Made by a program: the position numbers and the translations under genes. This document shows positions 13,449 through 24,404 of a DNA stretch of 64,000 bases, piece by piece. This stretch comes from Macrostomum hystrix (lineage: Eukaryota > Animalia > Platyhelminthes), in NCBI GenBank assembly GCA_950097015.1, contig CATNEN010000025.1, positions 6,572,001 to 6,636,000 of the forward strand, written 5' to 3'. Each line of letters begins with the position of its first letter. The first letter of the stretch is position 1. Under the pieces are notes generated by a model. That model ran no database searches, had not been told where the DNA came from, and saw only the letters and a list, made by a program, of their open reading frames with translations.

Positions 13449-14421
13449 TTTTACATAACTGTGAATGTAAATTTAATTTTACAAGTAGCTAAAAATTGTC
13501 GTTTTTGTTTGGTACTTGGAAATTCTGCACAGGCGCTAAAGTACTAATATCGAAAAATTAAATCTATTTTATAAGCTTGTATAATAAATCATTCCATTTC
13601 TTGGCTTACTGATAAATATTGTTTCTATTGATCATACTTTGTCTCTAAAATATCAGTTAGTTTTTCAGAACAAACTAAATATTCTATTCAAATTGCTTAA
13701 TTCTTTGTTCAATGAAGTTTTTTTTTCAAAATCGGTTGTCTTTGTTCTTCTTTCTTATTTTAGGAGTCTCTTGTCAATATAACAGTGAGCAGTGAACAGT
13801 GAGAACAACGCAGGCACACAAAACTAAAGAACACGGGCCAACTCTTTGTTGCGCATCTTCTGAAACAAAAATCAAGTCGCCAGCTCATCAGACCATCGAG
13901 ATATTCAGTAATTTCTGGCTAGTGTATTAGTGTAGATTATTCCCATAAGCGCTAGTGTATTTCCCACACCCCTATACACGAATTAGCACTGCGCCTCAGT
14001 GCGGCCTTACCAGGCCTTCAAAATTGATCAGCATGTCACCCGAATGTGCCTGCATCATCTCCGTCTTCGGTAGTCACCTACCTTTACCTGCTGGACCTTC
14101 AAGGGCTAAAACAGGTGGAACTAGGCCACTATGGACAACCTGACGCGAATTTTTCCAATTTCACTGATCAAGCCTAAATATTAGGCGCAGCTCAACCACA
14201 GGACACCATCGCCTAGTGTGTTAACCAATCAGTCATCACCCAACGCTGTTAGCATTCAGGCGCTGCCAAAAAAATCTGACTGTGGAAATCCCACTTGGTA
14301 TAAAAACGGGTGGCAAAATGGCTTGCTAGTCCTACTGTTAATATGGCCTCGCCGTGGAATCGAGCTCCACCCAATGGTTGCGGTCATGCCCACGAATTAA
14401 AGAATAAAGCGATTGCCTCAC

Positions 14422-14628
14422 CTGCAGACACATCAGCGGCTCTTGCCTCCTCACCGCCCAATGCACCACCGTCCTGCCCTGACTGTCCCGCGCCCACGGC
14501 TCGTCAGGCCGCAGTCGCCGACGCAGCAAGTTAAAGTGGTCGACGCTGTCTAGCCGGCAGGCCCACATACTGGCGCTGGCCGCGTCAGAGTCGCGAATGT
14601 CAGCATTGGCGCCTCGGTCAAGCAGCAG
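14422..14628 (-). CDS. Ankyrin gene exon 4
   Basis: LLLDRGANADIRDSDAASASMWACRLDSVDHFNLLRRRLRPDEPWARDSQGRTVVHWAVRRQEPLMCLQ; 207 nt, phase 0-0. Confidence 0.9.
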
Positions 14629-15204
14629 CTGGCGGGGCGGCGGCGTTGTGTGGGTTGGGAACTACTTTTTGGCTAAAAAAGTGCTCAAAAAGTTGTAAAA
14701 TAGTGCTCAAACGATCCTTAAACAATGTGCTCAAATTTTATTCAAATAACTCGGTCCTGAAACAGTTCTCGATTATTTTTTTGATTAGAATGGGTAGCAA
14801 TATAAGTTAGAATGGGTTAAGCTTCATTTAAATTAGGAAGCGGTATGTGAAGTCCTCCTTTAATCATTTTGCTTCGCAAAACAATGAACCGGATTATTAA
14901 TGAGTGTTCATGAATGCTGAATAAAGCAGAACTTTATGACGAACTCTCACTCAGTGTACAAAAATATTTAGTTCTCATTAAGACTTGTAGGCTCCCGACA
15001 CAACATTGAGGCGAGTCTAACGAGAACTGATGACGGAGAAGGCTCCTGCTAGCTTTAGTCTGAGAGAGAAGTTACGGATCATTATTTGGTGAAAATGTCT
15101 CTCACTCATTTCTGCTCCTATCTAGGGTTCTGCTTTAATTATTGTTTAGTTCTGGAAATCAAGAGAATTATATAGACTAATTAGTAAGTTGGAAACTAAA
15201 AAAA

Positions 15205-16303
15205 TGGAAACCTTGGGAAGCGGGAAACCTTGGGAAGTGGAAAACCTTGGGAAGTGGGAAACCTTGGGAAGCGGGAAACCTTGGGAAGTGGGAAACCTTG
15301 GGAAGTGGAAAACCTTGGGAAGTGGGAAACCTTGAGAAGTGGGAAACCTTGGGAAGTGGGAAACCTTGAGAAGTGGGAAACCTTGGGAAGTGGAAAACCT
15401 TGGGAAGTGGGAAACCTTGGGAAGTAGGAAACCTTGGGAAGTGGGAAACCTTGGGAAGTGGGAAACCTTGAGAAGTGGGAAACCTTGGGAAGTGGAAAAC
15501 CTTGGGAAGTGGGAAACCTTGGGAAGCGGGAAACCTTGGGAAGTGGGAAACCTTGGGAAGTGGGAAACCTTGGGAAGTGGGAAACCTTGGGAAGTGGGAA
15601 ACCTTGGGAAGTGGGAAACCTTGGGAAGTGGGAAACCTTGAGAAGTGGGAAACCTTGGGAAGTGGGAAACCTTGGGAAGCGGGAAACCTTGGGAAGTGGG
15701 AAACCTTGGGAAGTGGGAAACCTTGGGAAGCGGAAAACCTTGGGAAGCGGGAAACCTTGAGAAGTGGGAAACCTTGGGAAGTGGAAAACCTTGGGAAGTG
15801 GGAAACCTTGGGAAGTGGGAAACCTTGGGAAGTGGGAAACCTTGGGAAGTGGAAAACCTTGGGAAGTGGGAAACCTTGAGAAGTGGGAAACCTTGGGAAG
15901 TGGAAAACCTTGGGAAGTGGGAAACCTTGGGAAGTGGGAAACCTTGGGAAGTGGGAAACCTTGGGAAGTGGAAAACCTTGGGAAGTGGGAAACCTTGGGA
16001 AGCGGGAAACCTTGGGAAGTGGGAAACCTTGGGAAGTGGGAAACCTTGGGAAGTGGGAAACCTTGGGAAGTGGGAAACCTTGGGAAGTGGGAAACCTTGA
16101 GAAGTGGGAAACCTTGGGAAGTGGAAAACCTTGGGAAGTGGGAAACCTTGAGAAGTGGGAAACCTTGGGAAGTGGAAAACCTTGGGAAGTGGGAAACCTT
16201 GGGAAGCGGGAAAACTTGGGAAGCGGGAAACCTTGGGAAGCGGGAAACCTTGGGAAGCGGGAAACCTTGGGAAGTGGGAAACCTTGAGAAGTGGGAAACC
16301 TTG
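15205..16303. repeat. 17-bp tandem minisatellite (GGAAACCTTGGGAAGTG)
   Basis: About 65 copies in ankyrin intron 3; accounts for the spurious ORFs in this interval. Confidence 0.97.
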
Positions 16304-16353
16304 GATGGGTTGGAAAACACGGGTATGGGTCAGTAATAGCCGCAGGCACTGAC

Positions 16354-16508
16354 CTTCAGGCACTCAGTGGTGCTGGCAGTGACAGCCCAGTGAATCGGCG
16401 CCCGGCCCAGCACGTCCTGCACATCAGGGTTGGCGCCCAGTTGAAGCAGAAGCTCCGCCAGCTGCCAGTTGCCAGATCGCACGGCCACGTGCAACGCTGT
16501 GAATTCGT
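16354..16508 (-). CDS. Ankyrin gene exon 3
   Basis: (D)EFTALHVAVRSGNWQLAELLLQLGANPDVQDVLGRAPIHWAVTASTTECLK; acceptor ttgtAG|, donor |GTCAGT. Not in the ORF track. Confidence 0.9.
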
Positions 16509-17394
16509 CTACAAATGCAAAAATGCTTTAACAAATGAATGGATCTAAGAACTATATTTTTGTGTTAGATGCACATGTAACCAGTTAAAAAAATCTAATT
16601 TGTTAAAAGGTCAGACAAAGATGAAATTTTGCGCTCTAGTGAAATCGTGAACAAGATTAAGATTTTTTTAAATTGATTTTTCCTCCTACATTAAGAAGTT
16701 TCTTCACTAGTTTTGGACATTTACGCTTTTAGACAATTTTCGAACATTAAGAATGGATTCGACTTACAATACTCAGAGTAGTGTAGGAAAAATATAGTAT
16801 AAAATTGATCTTAGATTTCGAATTGTCGTTAACTACAAAAATGTTGTAACAATTTGTTCAGGGACGTCGTAGCCCTGTCGTGAAATCCTTGAACTCTTAA
16901 CACAGAGAGATCGAAAGTTCGACCTCTTAAACGCCAGTCATTTAAACGATCAAAATGTGTTACTCTTGTAGCGACTTTTGGTTACGCGACTTGTTTGTAC
17001 TTGCTCTGATTGTGTCTCTCTTTTCTTTATCGCTGCACCCCCCTCCTTCCCCCTGCCCCTGCTACTCTCCACGATTGTACCCCAACCCCCCTTTCGTCGC
17101 TTTCCTTTGTCTGCCTATGTACATCTGAGGCGGGGTTTAACCCTATCCTTACTATCGATCGCTTCTCTCTAGCCACTAGTGTTAAGTTCAAATATAATGT
17201 CTGGCCCTCTGGGCCTTTGTGAGTCATCCCCCATTGCGCTCTCTGTCTCGTTTGAGGTTTGGCCGTATGAACGGGCTCTTGCTGCGAAGATTCAATTAAT
17301 TGCATGACTTCAACTCGCTTCGCTTCTTAATTCACTCGAAGTAAAGACAACTCTATAAACAACAGTGTATAATATAAAAAATAATTATTGCAGT

Positions 17395-17735
17395 AGGGCA
17401 GCGGGCAGTGGCACATCATTTGGTGACACTAGACCCGCAACCTGCGAGGAGGCAATTCTGCCCAATTCGCTGACTCCTGAGCACACACGCACACAGATAC
17501 TGTACGCAGGCACACGCTCACACAGGTGTGTACATCTGCCCTGACTTTCTCATCGTCAGGCAGTGTACACTCTCACTGTGCCTCGGAGGTTGGCCCTCAA
17601 GGGCGTAAATTGCACGACAAGTCCCCAAGCCTTCTCTCCGCGGCTGCGATCTAAATGAATCTGGCCTCGCCGCGGAATCGAGCTCAGGGCCCTTCTTGCG
17701 AGAGGCAAACGTGTTAACAACTCTGCCACTCACCC
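17395..17735 (-). mobile_element. tRNA-derived SINE family 2, full-length copy
   Basis: Minus-strand head GGGGTGAGTGGCAGAGTTG...GAGCTCGATTCC (A/B boxes) and an AT-rich tail. Highly similar to 43707-44047. Confidence 0.8.
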
Positions 17736-17748
17736 CCTTCTAACTCAC

Positions 17749-17877
17749 CGTGTGACGCAGCATTCGGGTTGACTCCCACCGACAGAAGCCACTCCGCAAT
17801 GGCCTGTTGACCGTAGTGGGCGGCATACATCAAAGGCGTGCGACCCAGGCAGTCAGACGTCTCAACACAACCAAAAT
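17749..17877 (-). CDS. Ankyrin gene exon 2
   Basis: FGCVETSDCLGRTPLMYAAHYGQQAIAEWLLSVGVNPNAASH; donor g|GTGAGT. The acceptor position is less certain. Confidence 0.8.
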
Positions 17878-17985
17878 CTGCCATCAGGTCAATGCAAAGA
17901 AAAATAAAATTGGTAGAACAGGAAAAGTCTACCATAGGTTTATAATCAGCTAGAAAATGTCTGTCTTTGCTGTTTTTGGCCTCAC

Positions 17986-18322
17986 CTAAAGAGTGCAGAT
18001 CCTTTAAGACAGTAAGGTCGCCCAGCTTGCACGCCGCCAGGACTGGAGCCAGCGGTTGCGATGGTTGAACAGATTCTGATGTTGGCAATCTGACAGTGTC
18101 CAATTCCGCCCAGTGCCAGCGCAGCTTGTCTAGAGATTCTACGTATGGCGTCATTGGCGACAGGCCACGAAGCGACGCGCTGCTAAGGGAACCGGCATCG
18201 CTGCGCTCCCGACAGCCGGAGTCGCGATGCCGACGCTGAGTCCATCGAAAATACTTTTGCATGTGCAGCAGGGCCAGATTGAGGGCGTCGCGCAGTTCTG
18301 CGCACTCCGGCGTTTCGTCCAT
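17986..18322 (-). CDS. Ankyrin gene exon 1
   Basis: MDETPECAELRDALNL...PVLAACKLGDLTVLKDLHSL; donor tag|GTGAGG. Confidence 0.75.
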
Positions 18323-20547
18323 TTTTAGAAGGAATTGGTGAATATAGGCTGCCGCTTTTTGAAAGTCTATAGTGAAATTGTAAATGGAAATAATATTGAG
18401 CTTTTAGGTAACTTGGGAGAATAACTTTAGGAATAGCTTTATTTCCAGAAGTATGGCACTGCCTTAAGTATATGTACTATATTTAATTAGATAACTACTT
18501 TAGTTTAACATTTATTTTTCCTGCCTAAACTAGCTAAAAATCGAAGTTAAAAAGAATATACATATATTTCATAATAAAATGATCTTTCAGATATTTAAAA
18601 TACAAATTCACAGTTTGAATGAAATCTACATTCATTAAGAATTTGGAATTCATTAGGAATTCATTCACACTCATTAGGAGTTTAACTAGTTTCAAGATTA
18701 TTATACTAGAATTTTATTTTTGTTTCTCTTTTTGTGATAGAAAATTTCAATGGAAACTTTTTTATATATACTAACAACACACAAATATTGCATTTGCATT
18801 AACATGTTTGCGATTACCTTTTCTTTTGACCGTCATTTTATACGGCGGCAAAAAATTGAAATAGTGAAAACTTGTTTTTCTTGAACTTCTCTCTATTTAA
18901 GTTACCAGATAAAAGCCAGGTTGCTAATATGGACTGGTAAACCTTAAGGTAAAGCAAGTCAACAGTTTCATTCAAGTTCAGTAAAGACTTGTAAAAAATG
19001 AAGTCAAAAAATACAGAGACGCAGTTTTAGTAAAGTTTAACAAAGGTCGCTTAGTTCAACCAGGAAATGTTTAAAATTCGACTTTAATACTATAGACCTG
19101 TCTAAATTGTTGACTATTATTAGAAAAATAGACCAATAAAAGGCACATTGACTTGTCAAAAAGATTCCGAATAAAATTAATGTAACGTGACTGTAATTTG
19201 TAAAACTAGGTAAAAGTGTGTCGTTTAAGCGGTCTGCGGTCTAAGCCGTTTAAGCCTATGTAGGCTACTGAAAAAACTCAAGCTTTTATCAACTTTACGT
19301 TACATTTTAATGTTACTAGGTCAAATCTTATGTGTATGTATATCATCCGACCTGAAAATTTTGGTAACATGCTTATATTAATATTATAATGTAACCATAG
19401 CGCCTATTGATGCTATTGCTAATAGATTCATTCATAAAATACTTAAAGCACTTGAGGTGGCTTAAGAGGACACTGAGTGAACTCTTTGATTCAGTAATTT
19501 ATATGGCACTGTGTGCATGGAAATATGGAAGCTGCAGCCTGTATTGAACCCCCCATTGGCATTAGACTAATTGCCATCATCTGGATCCTGCAGGGTCGTG
19601 TGCACACCAGAAAAAAACTGGAAGGCTAGAGTGCATATGCAAAAATGTTTATTTTACATGCCTAAAATTAAAAAAAATATTATGTGTATAGCATGTCAGA
19701 CATTTTTTTGAATTACATAAAGTCTACATGTCTATAATCTGTAGTTTGTTAACCAATAAAAAATTGACAAATAGGGCAATGAAATGAAGTCAATTTTCTC
19801 TTGTCACAAGCCCTGCTTAGGCCTACCTATTACTTTTTGTGCTACACATGACTCATTCCCTTCTTAAAGTGTTCTGCCAAAAATTCAGTATAAGGCAAGG
19901 CAAGTGCATGCCAAATCTTGTAGGCAATACTATTGGCAATACATACCCAATTTTGTGCAAATAGTACATGATACAGATTAAAACAGTAATAATTTTGTTT
20001 AAAATATCTGCATTGCAATCTGCCAATTAGCACAGTATATCTCCCAATCTTTGAAGCATTTCAATGAGTTCTAGTCCCAGTGGGACTATAAGAAGGCAAG
20101 CAACCACATAGAAATTTTTTGCAATAGTGCTATTTTTGCTATGAGGCCTAGGAAAATTGGGTTGTAGATCATTTAGAAAATAAATGCTACCTATATTTTG
20201 AAATACAAAGGTCAGTTATATAAACTTGCTTTAGAATATATGGTGTATGATAGTATGGTTATGTTTGTTTTGTCTAACTCATTATTAGTAATAACTAGGC
20301 AAATTTGCACACCTAAGCTGAGGCTTATAAAAATAAGTTTTGCAAGCTTGCTATTTATATAGATTGTTTTGCAATTTTACTGATATACATCAACTACATT
20401 ACTAAGATAACATTGCATACAACAAAATCATTTTGAACATTGTGAAGCAAAAAATAAACAATAGCCCTAAGGATTTAAATTTCTCTAAACAAAAATAATG
20501 CTCAGATGATAGCTTTGTTAAAAATAGTTGCTACTTAGGTTATACTA

Positions 20548-21907
20548 CAGGTGTGTCATAAGTAATGTCACTGTGGTTGTTGTGCGGGAACCCAAAGCAA
20601 TAATCATCCAAATATATTATATTCTGAAAGTACATTTATTGAGAAGTTGCCACCACACCTGAGCAGCAATTTTAATGTCTATGGCCAAAACTGTCGCAAG
20701 AATTTGTTAATCAGATTTAGCAAGCGCAACGCGATGAAATCTTCTTTTTGCAACGAGCAAAACTCAACATGAATCACGACAAGATGCACATCCAGTTCTA
20801 CGCTTTCATTCGCTTCAAGCTTGGAAAATCTGCACTTGAAGTAGAGGAGGATCTCCGGAACACACTGCCAGACAACTGCCCAACTCGCAGGACAATTTAT
20901 AGGTGGTTTCAGAACTTTACTGATCCTGGGTTCGAATTGGGAGATGCCGCCAGATCTGGACGACCATGTTCAACCAGGACAATAGAGAACATCGAAGTCA
21001 TCAGCGACCTGGTCAAGGAAGACCCGCGGCAGTCTGTCAGGGAGCTAGCGGACTGCTTGGAGATTGATTTCAAGACAGTCCATCGCATCTTGACAGAGGA
21101 TCTCCATCTCCGAAACGTCTGCTCGGTCTGGGTGCCCCATGACCTCACTGCGGACCAACGTCAGGCCCGTGTGAACTGCGCCAATCAGATCCGCAAGGTG
21201 TTCAGCAGCCGGGGCTTGGATGACATCCTAAATTGCCTGGTTGTTGAGGATGAGACCTGGCTCCACCTGGATGGCAAAAGCAGCAAGGCAGACAATCGCT
21301 GCTGGCTGGGAGCTGGGGACTCCAGGCTGACTGTGACCAGGAGGTCCATCTCAGACAAGAAGACCATGCTGCTGGTGGCATTCACGCCAAACAAACGAGT
21401 CTCCATCTGTACAACTCCGCCAAACACCAAGGTCGATGGCCAGTACTTCATCGACTTTGTCCGATCCCACACTGGGAACCTCTGGCGCACGCTCCGGTCA
21501 AACCCGATTCACCTGAACGAAGTTCTGTGGCAGATGGACAACGCACGGCCCCACACCTGTCAGGCTGTTTCGGATTTTCTGGCTGGACGGCGAGTAAATC
21601 TGCTCTGGCAGAGTCCCTACAGCCCAGACTTCAACTTGTGCGACAGGTTTCTCTTTAAATGGCTGAAGGCAGACTTTTCCCAGAGAAGTTTCGCAAACCA
21701 TGATGAGGTCAAAGAAGCCGCGTTGCACTGGTTCCGACAGCTGGAGGAAAAACACCTGCAGGCTGAGGTAGAGAAGCTGTACGAGCACTGCCAGAGGGTG
21801 ATTGATATTGGGGGACACTATGTTGTTGATTGATACAGTTTCGTTCATCTGCGATTGTTAGTTGGTCTGTTTTACCCTCAGTGACATTACTTATGACACA
21901 CCCGAAG
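20548..21907 (+). mobile_element. Mariner (Tc1/mariner, DD34D) transposon
   Basis: Perfect 24-bp inverted repeat GGTGTGTCATAAGTAATGTCACTG at both ends, TA on both flanks, and one internal transposase ORF. Confidence 0.92.
20769..21833 (+). CDS. Mariner transposase, intact (354 aa from ATG 20769)
   Basis: HTH N-terminus, WVPHDL motif, catalytic VVEDETW / MDNARPH / YSPDFNLCD with 34 residues between D2 and D3. Confidence 0.93.
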   Translation: MNHDKMHIQFYAFIRFKLGKSALEVEEDLRNTLPDNCPTRRTIYRWFQNFTDPGFELGDAARSGRPCSTRTIENIEVISDLVKEDPRQSVRELADCLEIDFKTVHRILTEDLHLRNVCSVWVPHDLTADQRQARVNCANQIRKVFSSRGLDDILNCLVVEDETWLHLDGKSSKADNRCWLGAGDSRLTVTRRSISDKKTMLLVAFTPNKRVSICTTPPNTKVDGQYFIDFVRSHTGNLWRTLRSNPIHLNEVLWQMDNARPHTCQAVSDFLAGRRVNLLWQSPYSPDFNLCDRFLFKWLKADFSQRSFANHDEVKEAALHWFRQLEEKHLQAEVEKLYEHCQRVIDIGGHYVVD

Positions 21908-21972
21908 TAGTATATATTATTTCATTAAATTTTATACAAAATGTTTACTAAAGTCTTGTTTATATACTTGTA

Positions 21973-22255
21973 GGAGGTTATAGCCTTGTGGTTAAGGCAT
22001 TCGACTCACAACTTGAAGGTTGGAAGTTTGATTCCTAACTCCACTGGAACAAATTGTGTCATTTAGCGAGACACTTAACTCTACATTGCTTCAGTTCACC
22101 CAGCTCTTAAATGGGTACCAGCATTAGCTGGGATAATTGAAGGTGGGTGTGGCGTCCCCCCAGTCCATGGACTGAACAGCTGTATGCAGCCTTCAGATGC
22201 GCCGCACAATAGCTGCAGCTGTGCTGTCGGCTGCACATCTGGCCCAATTGGGGCA
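21973..22255 (+). mobile_element. tRNA-derived SINE family 1, full-length copy
   Basis: TAGCCTTGTGG / AGTTTGATTCC boxes, CORE-like block 'gagacacttaactct...cagttcacccagctcttaaatgggtacc', and CAGTCCATGGACTG. Confidence 0.8.
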
Positions 22256-22362
22256 TTTGTAATCACTTATTAGTTATGAAATTTTTTTATCTACTGTTTA
22301 TAATAGAGCAACTATAAATGAACTATTTTTAAACTAAAGCTAGTAAAGTTGAGGTTAAGTTA

Positions 22363-23058
22363 ATGTTCATCCAGCTCTGCCCTGAATCAATTCAGAATCG
22401 TCGCCAGTCCGTGATCTGTCGCCTGCATTCTGTGGTGGCATCTGCGCCAGCTAACAATGCCAACCGCAGGCTGTTGATGTCTGACACTGACGGCGCTCTG
22501 CTCTCCTGCTACATTCGCGACCGGACTCTGCTTAGCCAGCTGACATCAGCAACGGCGGCCGGCAATTGGTGGCGGTGTACTTTAACAGAATTCGCTCCTC
22601 GCCTCTATGGCATTGAACAGGCTGAGTCGCTCGCCATGCCGCCGCCGACGCCGTCAACACCCAGTAGATCAGATTCCAGCTTCCCCGCATCATCAGCTTG
22701 CTCTGACTTGTTCTCAACACCATCTGGCAGCACTGGCTGCTCCAGTCTGCGCCTGCGCACTCCAGTCTGCGAAGATGAATTCGCCGCTCTGCCATCTGGC
22801 GCCTTCGACACCCTGTCCGAGTCGCGCTTCCTGGCGCCAGCTGTTGAATCTCCCTTGATGCCGGGCTCTGCGGCCAGTCCAGTCAGACCTGGCTGGCCGT
22901 GCTCAACTCCGCGCAACCTGTTCGCCGCTGCTGGCCAAGATGACGAAGCGGAGAATAGCCAGGAGCTTGATAGAGACAAGTCGCTGGAGGCCACCGTTCT
23001 GAATTCTAGCAGCGACCTTCAACGACGTCGTTTTGTAACAGTGCCGGCGACGCCTTGA
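22363..23058 (+). CDS. Hypothetical protein, probably a terminal exon; ordered N-terminal part plus S/P-rich disordered tail
   Basis: 231-codon GC-rich ORF in AT-rich surroundings with a possible acceptor ttcatccAG| near its start. No family recognised. Confidence 0.55.
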   Translation: MFIQLCPESIQNRRQSVICRLHSVVASAPANNANRRLLMSDTDGALLSCYIRDRTLLSQLTSATAAGNWWRCTLTEFAPRLYGIEQAESLAMPPPTPSTPSRSDSSFPASSACSDLFSTPSGSTGCSSLRLRTPVCEDEFAALPSGAFDTLSESRFLAPAVESPLMPGSAASPVRPGWPCSTPRNLFAAAGQDDEAENSQELDRDKSLEATVLNSSSDLQRRRFVTVPATP

Positions 23059-23094
23059 ATAACTGACGCAATCGAAACATTTGTTATGCTCAAA

Positions 23095-23945
23095 CTGTGC
23101 CCAGAGAATAGTCAGAGACTGTGATTAGAGAGTCGATTGAGGCTGTTCTCAGTGAGTAGTCTGAGACTGTTCTCAGAGAGTCGATTGAGGCTGTTCTCAG
23201 AGAGTCGATTGAGGCTGTTCTCAGTGAGTAGTCTGAGGCTGTTCTCAGAGAGTCGATTGAGGCTGTTCTCAGAGTGTCGATTGAGGCTGTTCTCAGAGTG
23301 TAGTTTGAGGCTGTTCTCAGAGTGTAGTCTGAGGCTGTTCTCAGAGAGTCGATTGAGGCTGTTCTCAGAGAGTCGATTGAGGCTGTTCTCAGAGAGTTGA
23401 TTGAGGCTGTTCTCAGTGAGTAGTCTGAGACTGTTCTCAGAGAGTCGATTGAGACTGTTCTCAGAGAGTAGTTTGAGACTGTGATTAGAGAGTCGATTGA
23501 GACTGTTCTCAAAGAGCAGTTTGAGGCTGTTCTCAGAGTGTAGTTTGAGGCTGTTTCAGAGTGTAGTTTGAGGCTGTTCTCAAAGAGCAGTTTGAGGCTG
23601 TTCTCAGAGTGTAGTTTGAGGCTGTTCTCAGAGTGTAGTTCGAGGCTGTTCTCAGAGTGTAGTTCGAGGCTGTTCTCAGAGTGTAGTTTGAGGCTGTTCT
23701 CAGAGTGTAGTTCGAGGCTGTTCTCAGAGTGTAGTTTGAGGCTGTTCTCAGAGTGTAGTTCGAGGCTGTTCTCAGAGTGTAGTTTGAGGCTGTTCTCAGA
23801 GTGTAGTTCGAGGCTGTTCTCAGAGTGTAGTTCGAGGCTGTTCTCAGAGTGTAGTTTGAGGCTGTTCTCAGAGTGTAGTTCGAGGCTGTTCTCAGAGTGT
23901 AGTTTGAGGCTGTTCTCAGAGTGTAGTTTGAGGCTGTTCTCAGTT
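23095..23945. repeat. 24-bp tandem minisatellite (GAGTGTAGTTTGAGGCTGTTCTCA)
   Basis: About 35 copies; variants change gradually from left to right. Confidence 0.95.
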
Positions 23946-24404
23946 TTAAGTCTGAAACTGTGCTTAAATGTTGGTTTTAAAATTTCGAGAATGGGAAACC
24001 ATTTTAGTACTTATATAAATTTAGTTTAGTCGATTATCCATTGAAGTTTTTCAGTGGTAATATATTTTATAAATGCATGATTAGAAAGTCAATTCGATAC
24101 TCTATCTAGTCCTCAGTTACTAAAAAACATTTTTTACATTTGAATGTACTCGTATTTTGCAAAATTTAATGAAACCTTCATTAATTCCTAAATGAAAATA
24201 TAAAGAATATACACACATTTACTTATTTTTGCCGTAAATCTTGCATTAAGTTTAATTGTCGGTTGTGCATTTGCTTACGTCACGTGTATTATTATATAAA
24301 AAATGTAAATAAATCACTTAAACTTGCCTGAATGCATTGTCCATAGGCAGTTTGCTTAAGTTTTATATACGAACTACAACGTAAACCGATTACTTTTCCT
24401 GTTA

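Larger units (their letters stand above)
6350..18322 (-). other. Ankyrin-repeat protein gene model (inversin/ANKRD-like), 3' end not located
   Basis: Exons 18322-17986, 17877-17749, 16508-16354, 14628-14422 and 6443-6350 have GT/AG ends with matching phases (1,1,0,0,1). They join into successive ankyrin repeats: GRTPLMYAAHYG, EFTALHVAVRSG, GRAPIHWAV, GRTVVHWAV, GRTPLLTAAETG. Confidence 0.85.

Noticed and set aside
15146-16363. Long repetitive ORFs in satellites (FPLPKVSHFP, GNLGKWETLGSG, SHSQTVTLTHK, RMFVRRML, SLRLFSEC, CTCTIYFLYVY, THSH)
   Set aside because: They are open in several frames and on both strands because the units lack stops; there is no signal peptide, processing site, splice link or codon-position bias.
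17535-17575. Hammerhead ribozyme (CTGACGA...GAAA) in SINE family 2
   Set aside because: Only 3 nt separate CTGACGA from GAAA, leaving no stem II, and CTGAC pairs with the downstream GTCAG in a simple hairpin.
18400-20500. Coding exons in the AT-rich region upstream of the ankyrin ATG
   Set aside because: Only short ORFs with no recognisable motifs or consistent splice phases; left unannotated.
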